DNA of 64,000 bases from Azolla caroliniana (taxonomy: Eukaryota > Plantae > Polypodiophyta): positions 12,276,001 through 12,340,000 of the forward strand of contig JBHGNT010000018.1 of the NCBI GenBank assembly GCA_043228905.1, given 5' to 3'. This document shows positions 51,383 to 63,900 of the stretch, in pieces. A program made the position numbers and the translations under genes. The notes beneath the pieces were generated by a model. The model did no database searches and was not told where the DNA came from. It saw only the letters and a program-made list of their open reading frames with translations. The number at the start of each line of letters is the position of its first letter. The first letter of the stretch is position 1.

Positions 51383-51923
51383 TGTTATATGTTTTAGGGT
51401 TATGGTTAATATATTATTATGATGATTGTTGATGATGATGATTGACATGGCATAATAGTGAAAATGATGGAGAGTATGGTGTTGAGAGAGATTGAAATGA
51501 AGATGTTGAGAATCATTGAGAAGCATTGCAGGGTGGGGGGTGGTGCCTAGAATGGCTCCACCCCCCTCCCAAGGGGATTCAACGTTGAGGGGGAGAGAGA
51601 GAGAAAGAGAGATGACAAGAGAGAGAGAGATTGAGAGAGAGAGAGAGAAAATGGTTATTCATGTTTCATTCATTCCCCATAAGGGGGTTAAATAGTACAA
51701 GAGGGGGTAGATACATAGGGGTGTAAGCCCCCTTGAGCATTCATACTGGACACTCACTCACACCTCCTCGTATCCATCTACATGCACACACGTGTGCATG
51801 TGTTCACATACGTATAGACTCACAATTATATTTATGCCCCCTACACACACACAACAATCATCATGATAACATTTGAACCTTGCTCATCACATTGACTCTT
51901 TGTACATCTCGTATGGGGTAACA
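51383..51923. mobile_element. Solo LTR of an unidentified family (541 bp)
   Basis: TGTTA..TAACA termini, perfect TSD CCCAA, interrupts G2 RNase H at ALG. Confidence 0.9.
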
Positions 51924-54688
51924 CCCAACGCAAAAGCCGACGCGTCTGCTTCGATGATGAATGGTTTTTTCAGATCAACATGAGCCAGAATAGGAGCTGA
52001 TGTAAATGCCTTCTTAAGACCCTCAAAAGTCATGTCTGCTTCTTCAGACCAAACGAACAGTGAGTTGTGTGAGTTGTGTGAGAGGCAGAACAAGCTTTGA
52101 GTAATCTTGTATAAACTTGCAGTAGAAGTTGGCAAAGCCTAAAAAGCATTGCGCATCTCACAACGAACGTGGAGTCTACCATTCTACCACTATTTTGACC
52201 TTAGCTAGATCTATGGAGATGCCTTCCGAGGAAATGACATAGCCCATAAATTCTACCTCGTTGCACCCGAAACTACATTTTTCCAGCTTTGCATAAAGAC
52301 CATGTTCTCGAAGTCGTTTTAGTACTAACAGTACATGAGAGTCATGCTCTTCTTCGGTCTTCAAATAAACCAGTAGATCATCCAAATAGATGATCAAACA
52401 AACATCCAAGAGATCTCGGAATATATCATTTGCCATGTGCTAGAAGACTGTTGGCGCATTAGTGAGGCCGAATGGCATGACTGTATACTCGAAGTGCCCA
52501 TATCTGGTGCATAACGCAGTCTTCCATTCATCTCCTGGTCGGATCCGTACGAGATTATATGCTCCTTGTAAGTCGATCATTGTGAAGAACCATGCACCAT
52601 TGATCCATTCTAAAAGACTTGATATAAGGGGAAGTGCGTACCTATTCCTGATGGTGACCTTATTCAAGCCACAGTAATCTACAACGAGACGAAGTGATCC
52701 ATCCTTTTTCTTGACGAAGAAAATGGGTGCGCCAGCTAGAGATTTTGAATGTCGAATGAAACCATTTGCCAAATTCTCCTCTATATTGGCTCGAAGGACT
52801 TCTAGCTCGGTTGGTGACAAATTTTATATCGGTCCCCATGGTGGCTCTTTTCCCGGTTGTAAATCGATGGGGCAATCATACGGTTGATGGTGAGGAAGCG
52901 TATTGGCTTGTACTTTATCGAACACATTGGCATTATGATGATACTTCTCTGGAAGTTGAACGGTGGACTCCTCTTTTGTGGTGTTGGAGGGTTTTACTGA
53001 TACTGCAAAGAGAAACATTTCTTCCTTGCATCCTTCCTCACGCAACTGATGTAGGAAATGGTTGCAATCTTATGAGTAGATCCTTGGGTTTGTCGATACC
53101 GGATTTCTCTTGTTCTCTAATCTATGTCTGAGTTATGTAATTCAAACCATGGTAATCCCAAAACAATGGGATGTTCTAGGATACTAATTATATTAAAGGA
53201 TCTTGCACAAGCTAAATTATCTAGGGCAATATTAACGGGCTCTGACTCTTCTATGATATTTCCGGAAGCAATGGGACAACCATCAATGACTACTATAGAG
53301 GCTGGACATAGGAGTTTTCTTAGGGATATCTGATGAGCTTGGGCAAAATTCCTATCCATGAAGCAAGAATTAGCTCCGGAATCTAGGAGTGTTGAGACAT
53401 GTACTAGAGGGTTACTTTTAGTACTAACGGTTACTTGGGCTAAGAACACATTGCTAACTTGCTTAGAGGGAATGGAACCACTAATGGGCTGCACAGATCT
53501 AGGGTTGTCCAACCAAACGACTCCTACTTTGGTTGGACTGAGTCGTTTAACTCTTCTTCTATTTGACTAAGAACATCAAATTTGTTCGATAGATTTGGGC
53601 TATTAGTACTACTAGGATAGTAACAACTATCAGATATAGACTCGAGTTTAGTACAATTAGAATTAGCAACTATTTGGTTCACCTGTCTTCTTGGCCTATG
53701 GGGACACTTCAATGCTATATGCCTAGGTTCACTGCAATAAAGACATAGTCGATTTGCTCGGTGTCGCTGCTTTTCTTCTTCCGATAATGGTCCACGACGA
53801 TGTGTAGTGTCAATTTCCATTGAAGTTGGAGTATTCACTATAGATGCATTATATGACTCCCTTCGAAAAGGTTTTGCTACCACTGAGGCGTAGGTGGGCT
53901 CTGATCTTGCCCTTGGCATCAGGAACTGACGTTCCGAACATCATTCAAAAAGATGGTAGTTGCATCTCACTGCGTGACTGATTGCTTCTGTCAATGACTT
54001 TGGTTCTTCGGGGAAGGTCAAGAGTAAATCCTTGACATCGTTTAGTAGACCATAACGAATTTGCTCCATAAGTGCTTGGTCATCCTAGGGGATATTGGAG
54101 ACGAGTAGGCAGACATCTGTAGCGTATGCAGAGGCTGGACGATCACCTTGACGTAATCGTCGGATTTTGTTGATTGTTGTCCTTATGCTATCAGTATCTC
54201 CAAAACAAGCTTTAAACTCACTTAAAAACTCTTCAAAATTGTTTAGTAAAGGAGATTCCTTTCCTAACAACGGAGCGAACCATGCCAAAGTTTAGCCACT
54301 TAGCAACATGCCTACTAAACCCATTCGTGATGCATCGGTGGGATATTGGGAAGGATGCATTTGAATGACTAATCGTACATGATTAAGGAATCCTCTAAAC
54401 CGCGATCACGTTCCATCGAATTTCATGCGAAGGCCGATCTTGGGTTCTTCAAAAACCCCTTTGCGTACTGGGTCCTTTATGTTGCATTGTTACTATGGTT
54501 GATTCGAGTTGTTGCACGCGTAACGCTAGTTCCCTATGTTGTTGTTGCGTCAACTGCTTCTCTAAGGAGATTTTTTGAAGCTCCCCCAATAGTCGTTGAT
54601 TTTCTTGTTCCAATGTGAGAAACTTCTCTTTCAAACATTGTAACTCTGAAAAAACGGATCGATATTCTTGAGCGCTAACAATGGCCAT
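51924..54688 (-). pseudogene. pol: G2 gag, protease, RT and RNase H start
   Basis: Gag LCLYCSEPRHIALKC; PR LLDSGANSCFMD; [12 protein letters not shown] and YLDDLL; RH IIEADASAFALG. Confidence 0.92.
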
Positions 54689-54770
54689 AGTATGAGAGAA
54701 AAGAGGAATAAGAGATTAGTATGAAGGGAGGGAGAAGTAAGAAGATAAAGGAAGAGAAGGAAGGAGACCA

Positions 54771-54782
54771 AAATCAGTTCAA
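54771..54782 (-). promoter_or_regulatory. Non-tRNA (self-priming type) primer binding site of G2
   Basis: No TGG after the 5' LTR. TTGAACTGATTT is complementary to LTR sequence AAATCGGTTCAA, ~33 nt downstream of the TATA box. Confidence 0.7.
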
Positions 54783-57517
54783 ACTGTCAGGAGAAGTACT
54801 AAGACAGAGAAGTATTGTCAAGAACAGTACTGAGACAAAGAAGGAATTAGTATGAAAAGATGAGGACTAGTACTAAGGGAGGTGTAGAACTCTCGAGAGA
54901 AGGAAAGAGTGAGTGAGAGAGAGAATGAGAGAATGAGAATGATGATAACAAAAGATATATATTATGTTAAGAGAATATACAATAGTAGCTAGGAGGATTA
55001 AGATTGGCATTGAGCCGATTTGGTTTGAAATAATGCCTTGTGCCTCCTTTTATAGTGATCTTAGGAGTACTCCTGAAATTTCTAGAATGTTCCTGAGAAA
55101 ACTGGAATATAAATCAATTTTCTATAGTAAAACTTAAATGAAAGTAATATCCTAATGGTAAGAGTTATGGGTTCGAGTCTTGCCATATCATGACACAACC
55201 GGGTGCAGACTTGTGTAATATAAGGTCATGGGTTCGAGTCTTGCCATATCATGACACAACTGGGTGCAGACTCGTGTTGAGAGAAGTACAACACGTTCTA
55301 GAGGTTCACTTGAACCTAATATCAGCCGGCCGGCTAGATGATGAAGGCTACACGGGTAGCATCCGGAACGTTGTCATGAAGTTCTATCGCGGAAGCCTAA
55401 TCGTGGCTCGAACTTGTAAGACCAATACATTGTATATAATAAATGCTCGAATATGCTGAGGGGAAGCAAACATGGCAGTCGACACGGTCGATACACTGTG
55501 GCACAGGAGATTGTGCCATATGAGCTAGAAGGGGATGCGAAAGCTTGTCGAGGACAACCTCATTCCGGAGCCGAAAAACGTGCAACTTGAGAAGTGCACT
55601 AATTGCTTGGCCAACAAGAAGAATCGAACATCCTTCCAAACAAGGCCCCCGATGAGGAAGAAAATGTTGTTGGAACTCCTGCATACGAACGTATGCTGTT
55701 CGTATGCTATGTGGACACGAAGTCGCATTGTGGTTCACAATATTTTGTGACCTTCATTGATGATTGTAACCGGAAGTTGTGGGCTTCTGTGATGAGGACG
55801 AAGGATCAAGTGTTATCCGTCTTCAAAGAGTTCCAAGCGAGGGTCGAGAGAGAAACCAACCGAAAACCGAAGTCAATTCGAGCGGACAATGGTGGAGAGT
55901 ACCGTGGACCGTTCGAGGAATATTGTCGAAATCAAGGAATCTGGCTCGAGTATACCGTGCTGAAGACACCAGAGCTGAATGGGATGGTAGAGAGAATGAA
56001 CCAAACCGTAATGGAAAGGGTTCGAAGAATGCTTGGAGATGCTAAGTTACTGAAGACGTTCTGGGCTAAGGCATTGATGACGGTAGCGTACATGATAAAC
56101 CGATCACCCTCAGTACCCTTGGACGGTGATATCCCATAAAGGGTGTGGAGCGGCAAAGACATTTTGTGCCGACATCTGAGGGTGTTTAGCTATCTTGCCT
56201 ATGTGCATGTGGCAAAAGACCAAAGGGGGAAATTAGACCCAAAATCTCGGCCAGGTATATTTCTCGGCTACGATAATGATGAATATGGCTATCGGCTATG
56301 GGACTTGGTCAAGAAGAAAGTGATTAGGAGCCGCGACATTGTCTTTATGGAGGAAAAGACAATAGTCGACTGGGAGATTGAGAATAAGTCTCCAACTACC
56401 GAATCGAACCGAGTCGATACTTGGCTGAATCGAGTAGAAGCCGATTCGATCGAAATCGAATCCGAGCTAGTTGGCCGATTTAATACTCGGCAAAATCGAG
56501 AACTGACTGAAGAACGAGGGAGAACAGTCGAACAAGGAACTGAATTCGACTCTGCCAAAGAAGTCGAAGAAGAACCGACTCTGTCGAATGGAGGCCAAAG
56601 ATACCCCATACGAGAAAGGAGGCCCCCAAAATATTTCTGGATGAAGAGCGTGTACTGTTAATCGATGAGGGGAGCCGGAAAGCTTTGAAGAAGATAAGGA
56701 AGATACCCACAATCGAAAGTGGTTGAGTGCCATGCAAGAGGAGATGGATTCCTTGCATGAAAACCACACATATGAATTGACCAAACTGCTGAGAGGAAAG
56801 AATGCACTTCGGAATAAATGGGTATACAAGTTGAAACTGGGAGATGGTGGGAATCCACCCAGGTACAAAGCACGAATCGTTGTGAAAGGCTTTCAGCAGA
56901 AGAAGGGTGTCAATTTCGACAAAATATTTGCCCCGATTGTAATGATGACGTCAATCCACAATGTGTTGAGCATCTCAACTAACATGGATCTCGAAGTTGA
57001 ACAAATGGATGTTAAGACGACGTTTCTGCACGGTGATCTTGAAGAGGAGATCTATATGCACCAACCAGAAGGATTTGTGGAGAAAGATAAAGAGAGCCTG
57101 GTATGCCGATTAAGGAAGAGCCTATATGGGTTGAAGCAAGCACCTCGGCAATGGTACCGAAAATTCGAATCCTTCCTGACCGACAACAGGTACCACAAAA
57201 CGCAAGACGATCACTACGTATTTGTGAAGAAATTTGACAGAGGGGATTTCCTCATCCTTCTGTTGTACGTGGATGACATGCTGATTGTCGGACGGGACCA
57301 TATGAAGATCCGAGTGTTGAAGAAGGCCTTGAGTAGATCGTTCTCGATGAAGGATATGGGTCCGGCGAAGCAAATCCTGGGGATGCATGTTCTTCGGTAT
57401 TGAACAAAGAAATTGTTGTCGCTGTCACAAGAAAAATACGTGACAAAGGTGCTCTAGAGATTTGGCATGGAAAGTGCGAAACCGGTCGGTTTGACACTGT
57501 CGATGAACTACAAGTTG

Positions 57518-60009
57518 TGTGAAAGTTAATATCCGGAAGCGTATGACAAACCGGCTCAGCCGGATACCAATAGAACGTAGAGAGAAGAAGGTTTCACAGA
57601 GAATGGATGGGAGAGACAGAGAGAGCAGAACATAAAAATAAATTCAAAATAATAACACTCTGTGTACATAGAATGTACTCATAGAGCACTTTTATACAAG
57701 TCCATAAAGGATTGACAGAAGTACTGACATGTACTTCAATGCTCATACGAACAACTGACACTAACTCCCAAAACTATGCCTATGTACTAGGCTAGATCCG
57801 TAGGCCTCCAACAGCCTACCGGTATCAATCCGATCCGGCTCTTGGTTCCGGATACCATACGGACATCGATTCGGCTCTCCGTTCCGGCTCTGGCTTATTC
57901 AGTAGATCCAGATCCGATTGAGCTTGCTCGCTCAACACTCCCCCTCAAGCTCAACTTGAGGTCGGATCGTGGTGTCAGTGTCTACAGTAGCCAGTCCTTT
58001 CCTCCAGCTGCTTCTGGCGTCCTCCCGCCTTGCTCACACTCCTTGTCCGGTTCGGTTCCGCTTCCTGCGACCCGTCCGGTTCTGTGCATCTCGACCTCCT
58101 TGGTCAACTTGTCTGCTCAGCAGGCCTATCTTAGCTCCTTCACTACTATGACTCTAGCGCTTGTTGACCCATTGGTTCCTCCGTATTGGTGTCGACTTCC
58201 GCTACCTTCTCATCTGCTTGGCCTTTAGTTGATCGGGCTCCTCCAAAACAAATTGTTGAACTGAATCGGCTTCCTCCAATTCGTTCCAGCTCTTGTTTGA
58301 GTTGGTAGTCTCCAACTCATCTTCCGTTTTCAGGCCCTTCACCACATCAGACCATGTCCGGGTCTTGACCTTCGTTCGGTCGGCTCTATCCTTCTTGAGT
58401 CCGTCGTTGCCGCCACTTGCTCCGACTTGTTTAGATTTGCTGACTCCTTCAGTCGGCGTAACTTCCTTTTTCTACTCATCTCCCCCCTTTGTTCTTTCTT
58501 CGTCTCCGACTCCTTGTCCAGTCCCATTACCCGTTTCCGTTCCCGTTCTCCCCCTGAAGTGTGGCATGTCGAGATGCTAAATGTTGAGCATCTTTGAAAA
58601 ATGCTACAACTTGTCTGATCCAAGCGGCTTAGTGAAGATGTCGGCGACCTATCGATCCGTGTGAACATACCGACGTTCAACTTCACCGTGCTCACGCACA
58701 AAGTGTTAATGCACTTCTATGTGCTTTGTTCGAGCATGGAATAAAAGGTTCTTGGCGAGTTGTATACTGCTTACTTTGTCGTAGTAGATCAGGATCGGGG
58801 TCAGTACCTCAATCCGGAGGTCTCGCAGCAGTCGCCGAAGTCAGATGGCTTCACAGGTGGCAATGGTCGCGGTTGGGTATTCAGCCTCAGTGCTTGATAG
58901 AGCCATTGTTGGCTGTTTTTTGCTGCTCCACACTTCAGGTTTCGGTCCAGGGGTGTGGAGTTCAGTCATCATTCTGTCATGCCGAACCTGTACAACATAT
59001 TCAACACATAATGGTGTTGTGAGAGCAATATGCCATCGGGGGTCCATATCACCTCGATCCCAAGAAAATAATGAAGTTCCCCCAAGTCCTTCATTTCAAA
59101 TGTGTCCGACAACTAGGACTTCACACAACCAATTTCGGGTCTGGTGATGACTAGATCATCTACATATAGTAGGATACAAAGTGGACCGTCCGGACCTTTC
59201 CGGATGAACAGTGAAGAGTTCCACTTTGAGGTCACAAATCCCATCTTACGCAACCGGTGTGTGATTTTCGCATTCCAAGCTCGGGGGCTTGCTTCTAACC
59301 ATAAAGTGACTTTTTGAGCCGCCACACAGCCAACCTGTTCAGCTCCGATTGAAAACCGGGGGGTTGGATCATATAGACCCGTTCTTCAAGGTTACCTTGA
59401 AGAAACACATTCTTCACGTCCATTTGGTGAAGATATCATCCACTTGTCGAAACAACAACTAGCACTACATGAACCACCGTCATCTTCACTACAGGAGCAA
59501 AGGTCTCGTCGTAGTCAATTCCGTGGGTCTGTGCGTATCCCTTCGCCACTAACCGAGCCTTGTACCGGTTGACCGAACCGTCGACATCGTACTTTACCTT
59601 ACATACCCACTTATAACTGATCAGTTTATAATGATGGGGAGGGTCAACTAGGTCCCATGTGTCATTGGCATTGAGCGCCCACATTCCTTCCTCCAAAGCA
59701 GCACGCCAATTTGTGTCTTTCACTGCTTCTGCGTAGCTCTCCGGCTCACACTTCCGACACCTTGGTCATGTACGCATAGTGATGCGCCATGTACTCATTA
59801 TATCCATACCGTTTTACGGGATCTTTTGGCGGGTTGACCGGTGCTATTTTTCCGCAACCAGTTTCATGCCCTTCTTTGCTTGTTCGGATTTCGTTTCTGA
59901 AGTTCCACCTTCATCCTTCCCAGAGTCAAATTCACTCCGATCTGACCCTTCATTGTCGGTGTCGTATCCCGGCATCTACTTCTTCCCCTTCTCTTTGCGT
60001 GTGAACCGT
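57518..60009 (-). mobile_element. Copia B6 (family B), 3' LTR and RT-RH-tail pseudogene, cut by G4
   Basis: LTR 57518-57937 homologous to B0/B2; PPT 57938-57949; [25 protein letters not shown]; LYVDDL. Confidence 0.92.
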
Positions 60010-60429
60010 TGTCGTCGGGGTAGTTGTAGTTCGTGCGACGAAGTCACAAGGACTAAGGTTTAAGGGGAGTTGAAGAAACTTTTATAAAGCTTGTGCACAA
60101 AGGTTAGGAAGATTAAGGATAAGAAGAATAAGAGTTAAAAGTATTGTGTGACAAAGAAACGAGCATAGATTAGAGACAAAGACCATATATGACTTAAGAA
60201 GCAAGAGTATATGATATTAACATGATTTATATTAAGAATATAATATTTTACCAGAAAGATTCAGGATAGCAAGAATAAAAGTTGAAAGTAATGTATGTAC
60301 GAGAGAGAGACGAACAAGGATGAGAGATAGAGACAATGTATGATTGAAAAGGTAAGAAAATATGATAAGAAATTGTATTATATTAAGAATAAGTTACAAT
60401 GTCGATCACAAGATGCGACTTTTCTTTTA

Positions 60430-60500
60430 TTGAACTATAGATTTGAACCCTAGACTCCAACTTCGAAACACGAGCCTCTTCCCAAATGAGCTAACTTGTT
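60430..60500 (-). promoter_or_regulatory. tRNA-like cassette 1 in G4 LTR (degenerate, anticodon position TCG)
   Basis: TAGCTCATTTGG..GAG, loop TTTCGAA, TAGGG-TTCAAAT-CTATA T-arm; A-to-B spacing 44 nt. Confidence 0.65.
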
Positions 60501-60748
60501 TGTTTGATCATATCATTTCTCTAACTTTCTCTTCTTGATTGATTTCCCTGCCTTACTTGATTCCCCTCTTTTTATAGGTGCCCCCATGCATATAATGCAT
60601 TTGAGGGTAAAGACATGCATGCAATGCATGATCGCCATTTGGCATTATGCATTACATGTGATGAATGATAGATATCTCGCTCATTTGAGCTTCTATGTAT
60701 TAAAATAGACATGGGATAAGTATAATGATGGAAATATATTGCAAAATA

Positions 60749-60815
60749 ACTAACCTAGCTAAGTGGTGTATACCTTGTGCTTGGTATACAAGGTTGAGGG
60801 TTCAAGTCTCTCAAT
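60749..60815 (+). promoter_or_regulatory. tRNA-like cassette 2 in G4 LTR (anticodon position TGG)
   Basis: A box TAGCTAAGTGG at 60756; hairpin CCTTGTG-CTTGGTA-TACAAGG; T-arm GAGGG-TTCAAGT-CTCTC; spacing 43 nt; no acceptor stem. Confidence 0.7.
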
Positions 60816-60873
60816 TTTACTCAATACAATATTTAGCTTCATTCTTATATCATGAAGAATACTTCTAAAAATA

Positions 60874-60937
60874 AATAGCCTAGCTTAGTGGCATGTACAT
60901 GGTATTTCATATATAAGGGTGTAGGTTTAAGTTTTTC
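60874..60937 (+). promoter_or_regulatory. tRNA-like cassette 3 in G4 LTR (diverged tandem copy of cassette 2)
   Basis: TAGCTTAGTGG at 60881; degenerate B box GGTTTAAGTT at 60924; the flanking ~125 bp unit is also repeated. Confidence 0.55.
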
Positions 60938-63900
60938 AAATATTATTAAATACAATATTTAAGTTCATTTTTATATCGTGAAGCATATTCTTCACGAAAC
61001 CCACCCCCTCTGAACTTGCACATTGGTTGTGCAGAGTTCATCCAACACTTCTTCCGATTATTTTAGTTCTTCTACTTCTTCATAAAATTCGGGCTCTAGT
61101 GACTCCCTCCTTTTAAATATTTTAATCATTTTTCCTATAATTGGGATACGAATTTCTGTCCCATCTAATTCATTGAGGAAATATGTGGCCATATCTGTTA
61201 TTTTCCTAACTTCATAAGGTCCAAACTATCTTTTTGCGAATTTCCGAATAGTACTGTATTGATTATCTAGGCTGCCTTTATATACTAATACCCAGTCTCC
61301 TTCTTGCACCTTTCTTGGTCGTATTCTTTTTATCTTGTCAAATTTGTCCTTATTCTTGATTCTTGCCTCTTTCAATCTAGTAGCTGCTTTTTCTATGTCT
61401 TCTGTCCTTGATTGAAGTTGTCGTACCCGAATCGCAAGTAAATCTTCCCTACTCATTTCTGATTCCGAGGGCAACACAACTCATGTACTTATCTTTTCAT
61501 CAATTGGCATTATCGACTTCTGCCTTGTGATTAATTCTGCAGGCATATATCCAGTAACAGTGCTATGAGTTGTCCTATCAGACCATAGTGCATAGGGTAA
61601 GACTTTTGGCCAATCACTAACCCGTCCTTTACATGCCTTTGCTAAAGCTTTGACTATTGTCCCATGTCCCCTTTCTATCTTTCCATTAGCTTCCGGATTG
61701 TATGCCGTTGTCAAAGATAGTTGAATTCCTATTTTGTCGAAAAAATCTTGAGCTTCTGCAGAATTGAGCTCTCCCCTATCTACTACTATCTTCGCAATAC
61801 ATCCATATCTACAAAAAATGTCCTCCAAGATGAATTGACATACTCCTAATGTCCCTTTTGTTTGAAGTGCATGTCCTTCCACTTGATTTGTTAGATCTTC
61901 TCTTGCAAGAACCAAGTATCTCTTTTGTCCTACTCCAAGTGGCATTGTTACCAAATCTATCCTCCACTTGTAATGCATCCCCAGTGAGTATGTTGGGCGT
62001 AATTCATCACAAAAATTTACATTTGAATAATATTGACAAGTGGGACAAGTTTCCACATACGTTTTTATTTGCTCATAGTATCGAGGCCACCAAACTATTC
62101 TTTAATCTTACTGAAAGTGGCCCACACTCCTCGATGACCAGCCCATTCTTTGTCATGCAGCTCTCTGATTATCTCCTTTCTTTGCGCTTCAGAACCTATT
62201 ACTCTTTACGGGTTTCCAGTCTTGGTTTTTGGATGTCGCCATAGATATCCTTCATGCAGGAAGAACTTATGGGCTTTCTTGCGAAACTGTGAGAACTCTT
62301 TTCCCGATGGACCTTTGTACTTGTTAGGGGTTTGTAGGTATTTCCCTATTTCCTTGAATTCTTCTTCATACTCCTCTTCTAGAAACAACATTCCTCCTTC
62401 CTGGGTAATGCTTGTGGTAAGGACTGTTTATTCTTTGTCCTCATCGTCCAAGTCTGGAATCTCCTCTTCCTCATACCGTGCTCTTGATAACATATCTGCT
62501 ACTGCATTTCTATTACCAGAGATATGTCGAACTTCAGGGTTGACTAATCTAATATAGATACACCATCTTAACATGGCTTGATCTAGAATATCCCAATTAG
62601 CTACGATACCAAGAATAGGCAAACAATCTATTTCTATTATTACTTCAGCACCAATTAAGTAATCTCTATTTGTCTTAACTGTTGTTACTACCCCCCCCAT
62701 AGCTCTCTTTTGACCTGTGCATATTTTCTTTGTCAACCACTAAGAACCTTCACTCTGAATCGGATTGGATACCTTTCTTCCCCATCTTCTTGGTTTATCA
62801 CCCATCTAATTCCAATGGGACTGGAGTCTACTGTGAGATATATGGGCCAAGTGTAGTCAGGTTGCTTTAATGGTGGAGCTTGTGCCAAGTAAGACTTCAA
62901 TTTCCTCATTGCCTCCGAATGCTTTTCACTCCATTCAAATGTTTCTCCTTTTCTTAGGAGTCTGTATAAAGATTCAAATAAATGGGCATAATGCGGAATC
63001 CATCTACAATAAAAAACACATACCCCCAGAAACCTTCGCGCTTCTGAGATGGATGTACATTCCTCTTGCATGTTTTGAATTGCATTGACCTTGGTGGGGG
63101 ATGGCTTTCTCCCATACGGGCCACACAGATGACCAACTATTAATATCTCTTTTGCCCCAAATATTGATTTCACCCCTGATAAGGTTAAATGCACTTCTTC
63201 CATCCTTGATAGTATCTTCTCACAATCCTTGATATGGTCGACAACAAATTGTCGGCAACCATCTTCATCCAATTCCTCATTCTTCTCTTCCTCCTTGCAT
63301 CCCTTGATCGGAACATCATCTAAAAAAGGCATTGTGATATGAGGAATAAAATCACGAAGTACCTTGTTCATTCCATTCATCATATGCGGCACTGAGTTGG
63401 TCACTCCTTGCGGCAAGATACATATACGTACTAACCCTATAGGTGTCTTGATAGAAATAATATCTCGACTTTTGATAGCAAGTTGAAATTGATCGTACCC
63501 AGAATAAAGGTCTCCCATTGAATATATAGCTCTTCCCGCAAACATCTCAACAAACTCATCTACAATTGGCCCTACTCCTGAGTTTCGGATTGTTACCTTA
63601 TTCATGGGTTGCATATCTTGGATAAATCAGAGCCGTCCATCTTTCTTTAACACAGTGAACCATCGACTCGAGTAAGGAGCGTTCGATGGTTCCAAGATAC
63701 CCATCCTTATCTTTTCTTTCAGAAGTTCTAATAGTTGAGGGACTCTAGCCCTAGGCATGGGTATTGGCTTAAAGTTCCATGGAATATGAGGGATAGTAAA
63801 TATAACCATGGGCTCTACAATTCCTGGATCCACACACCCTATTTCCTCAGGTTGGAATGCGAACACCTTTCCATGCCTTTTTAACATCTCCCTAAATTGT

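Larger units (their letters stand above)
28151..55195 (-). mobile_element. Gypsy chromovirus G2 (Tcn1-like), full length, degenerate, contains B5 and a solo LTR
   Basis: LTRs 28151-28623 and 54785-55195 (TGTCA..TGACA); perfect TSD CAACC; PPT AAAAGGGGGATAG at 28624-28636; gag-PR-RT-RH-INT-chromodomain. Confidence 0.94.
26628..57517 (+). mobile_element. Copia T4 (Tork-like), split by G2 and cut by B6; own sequence 26628-28150 and 55196-57517
   Basis: 5' LTR 26628-27197; PBS TGGTATCAGAGC 27201-27212; gag MEDLFGGMFKL at 27214. Protease ...DVCLETST resumes as GCRLVLREVQHV after 55196; INT and RT (YVDDML) run to 57517. Confidence 0.9.

Noticed and set aside
51392-51401. TTTAGGGTT telomere-like motif
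   Set aside because: Single copy inside a solo LTR; not an interstitial telomeric array.
60430-60940. Functional tRNA-Arg or tRNA-Pro genes
   Set aside because: Acceptor stems are missing and D or anticodon stems are partly broken, so they are reported only as tRNA-like cassettes.
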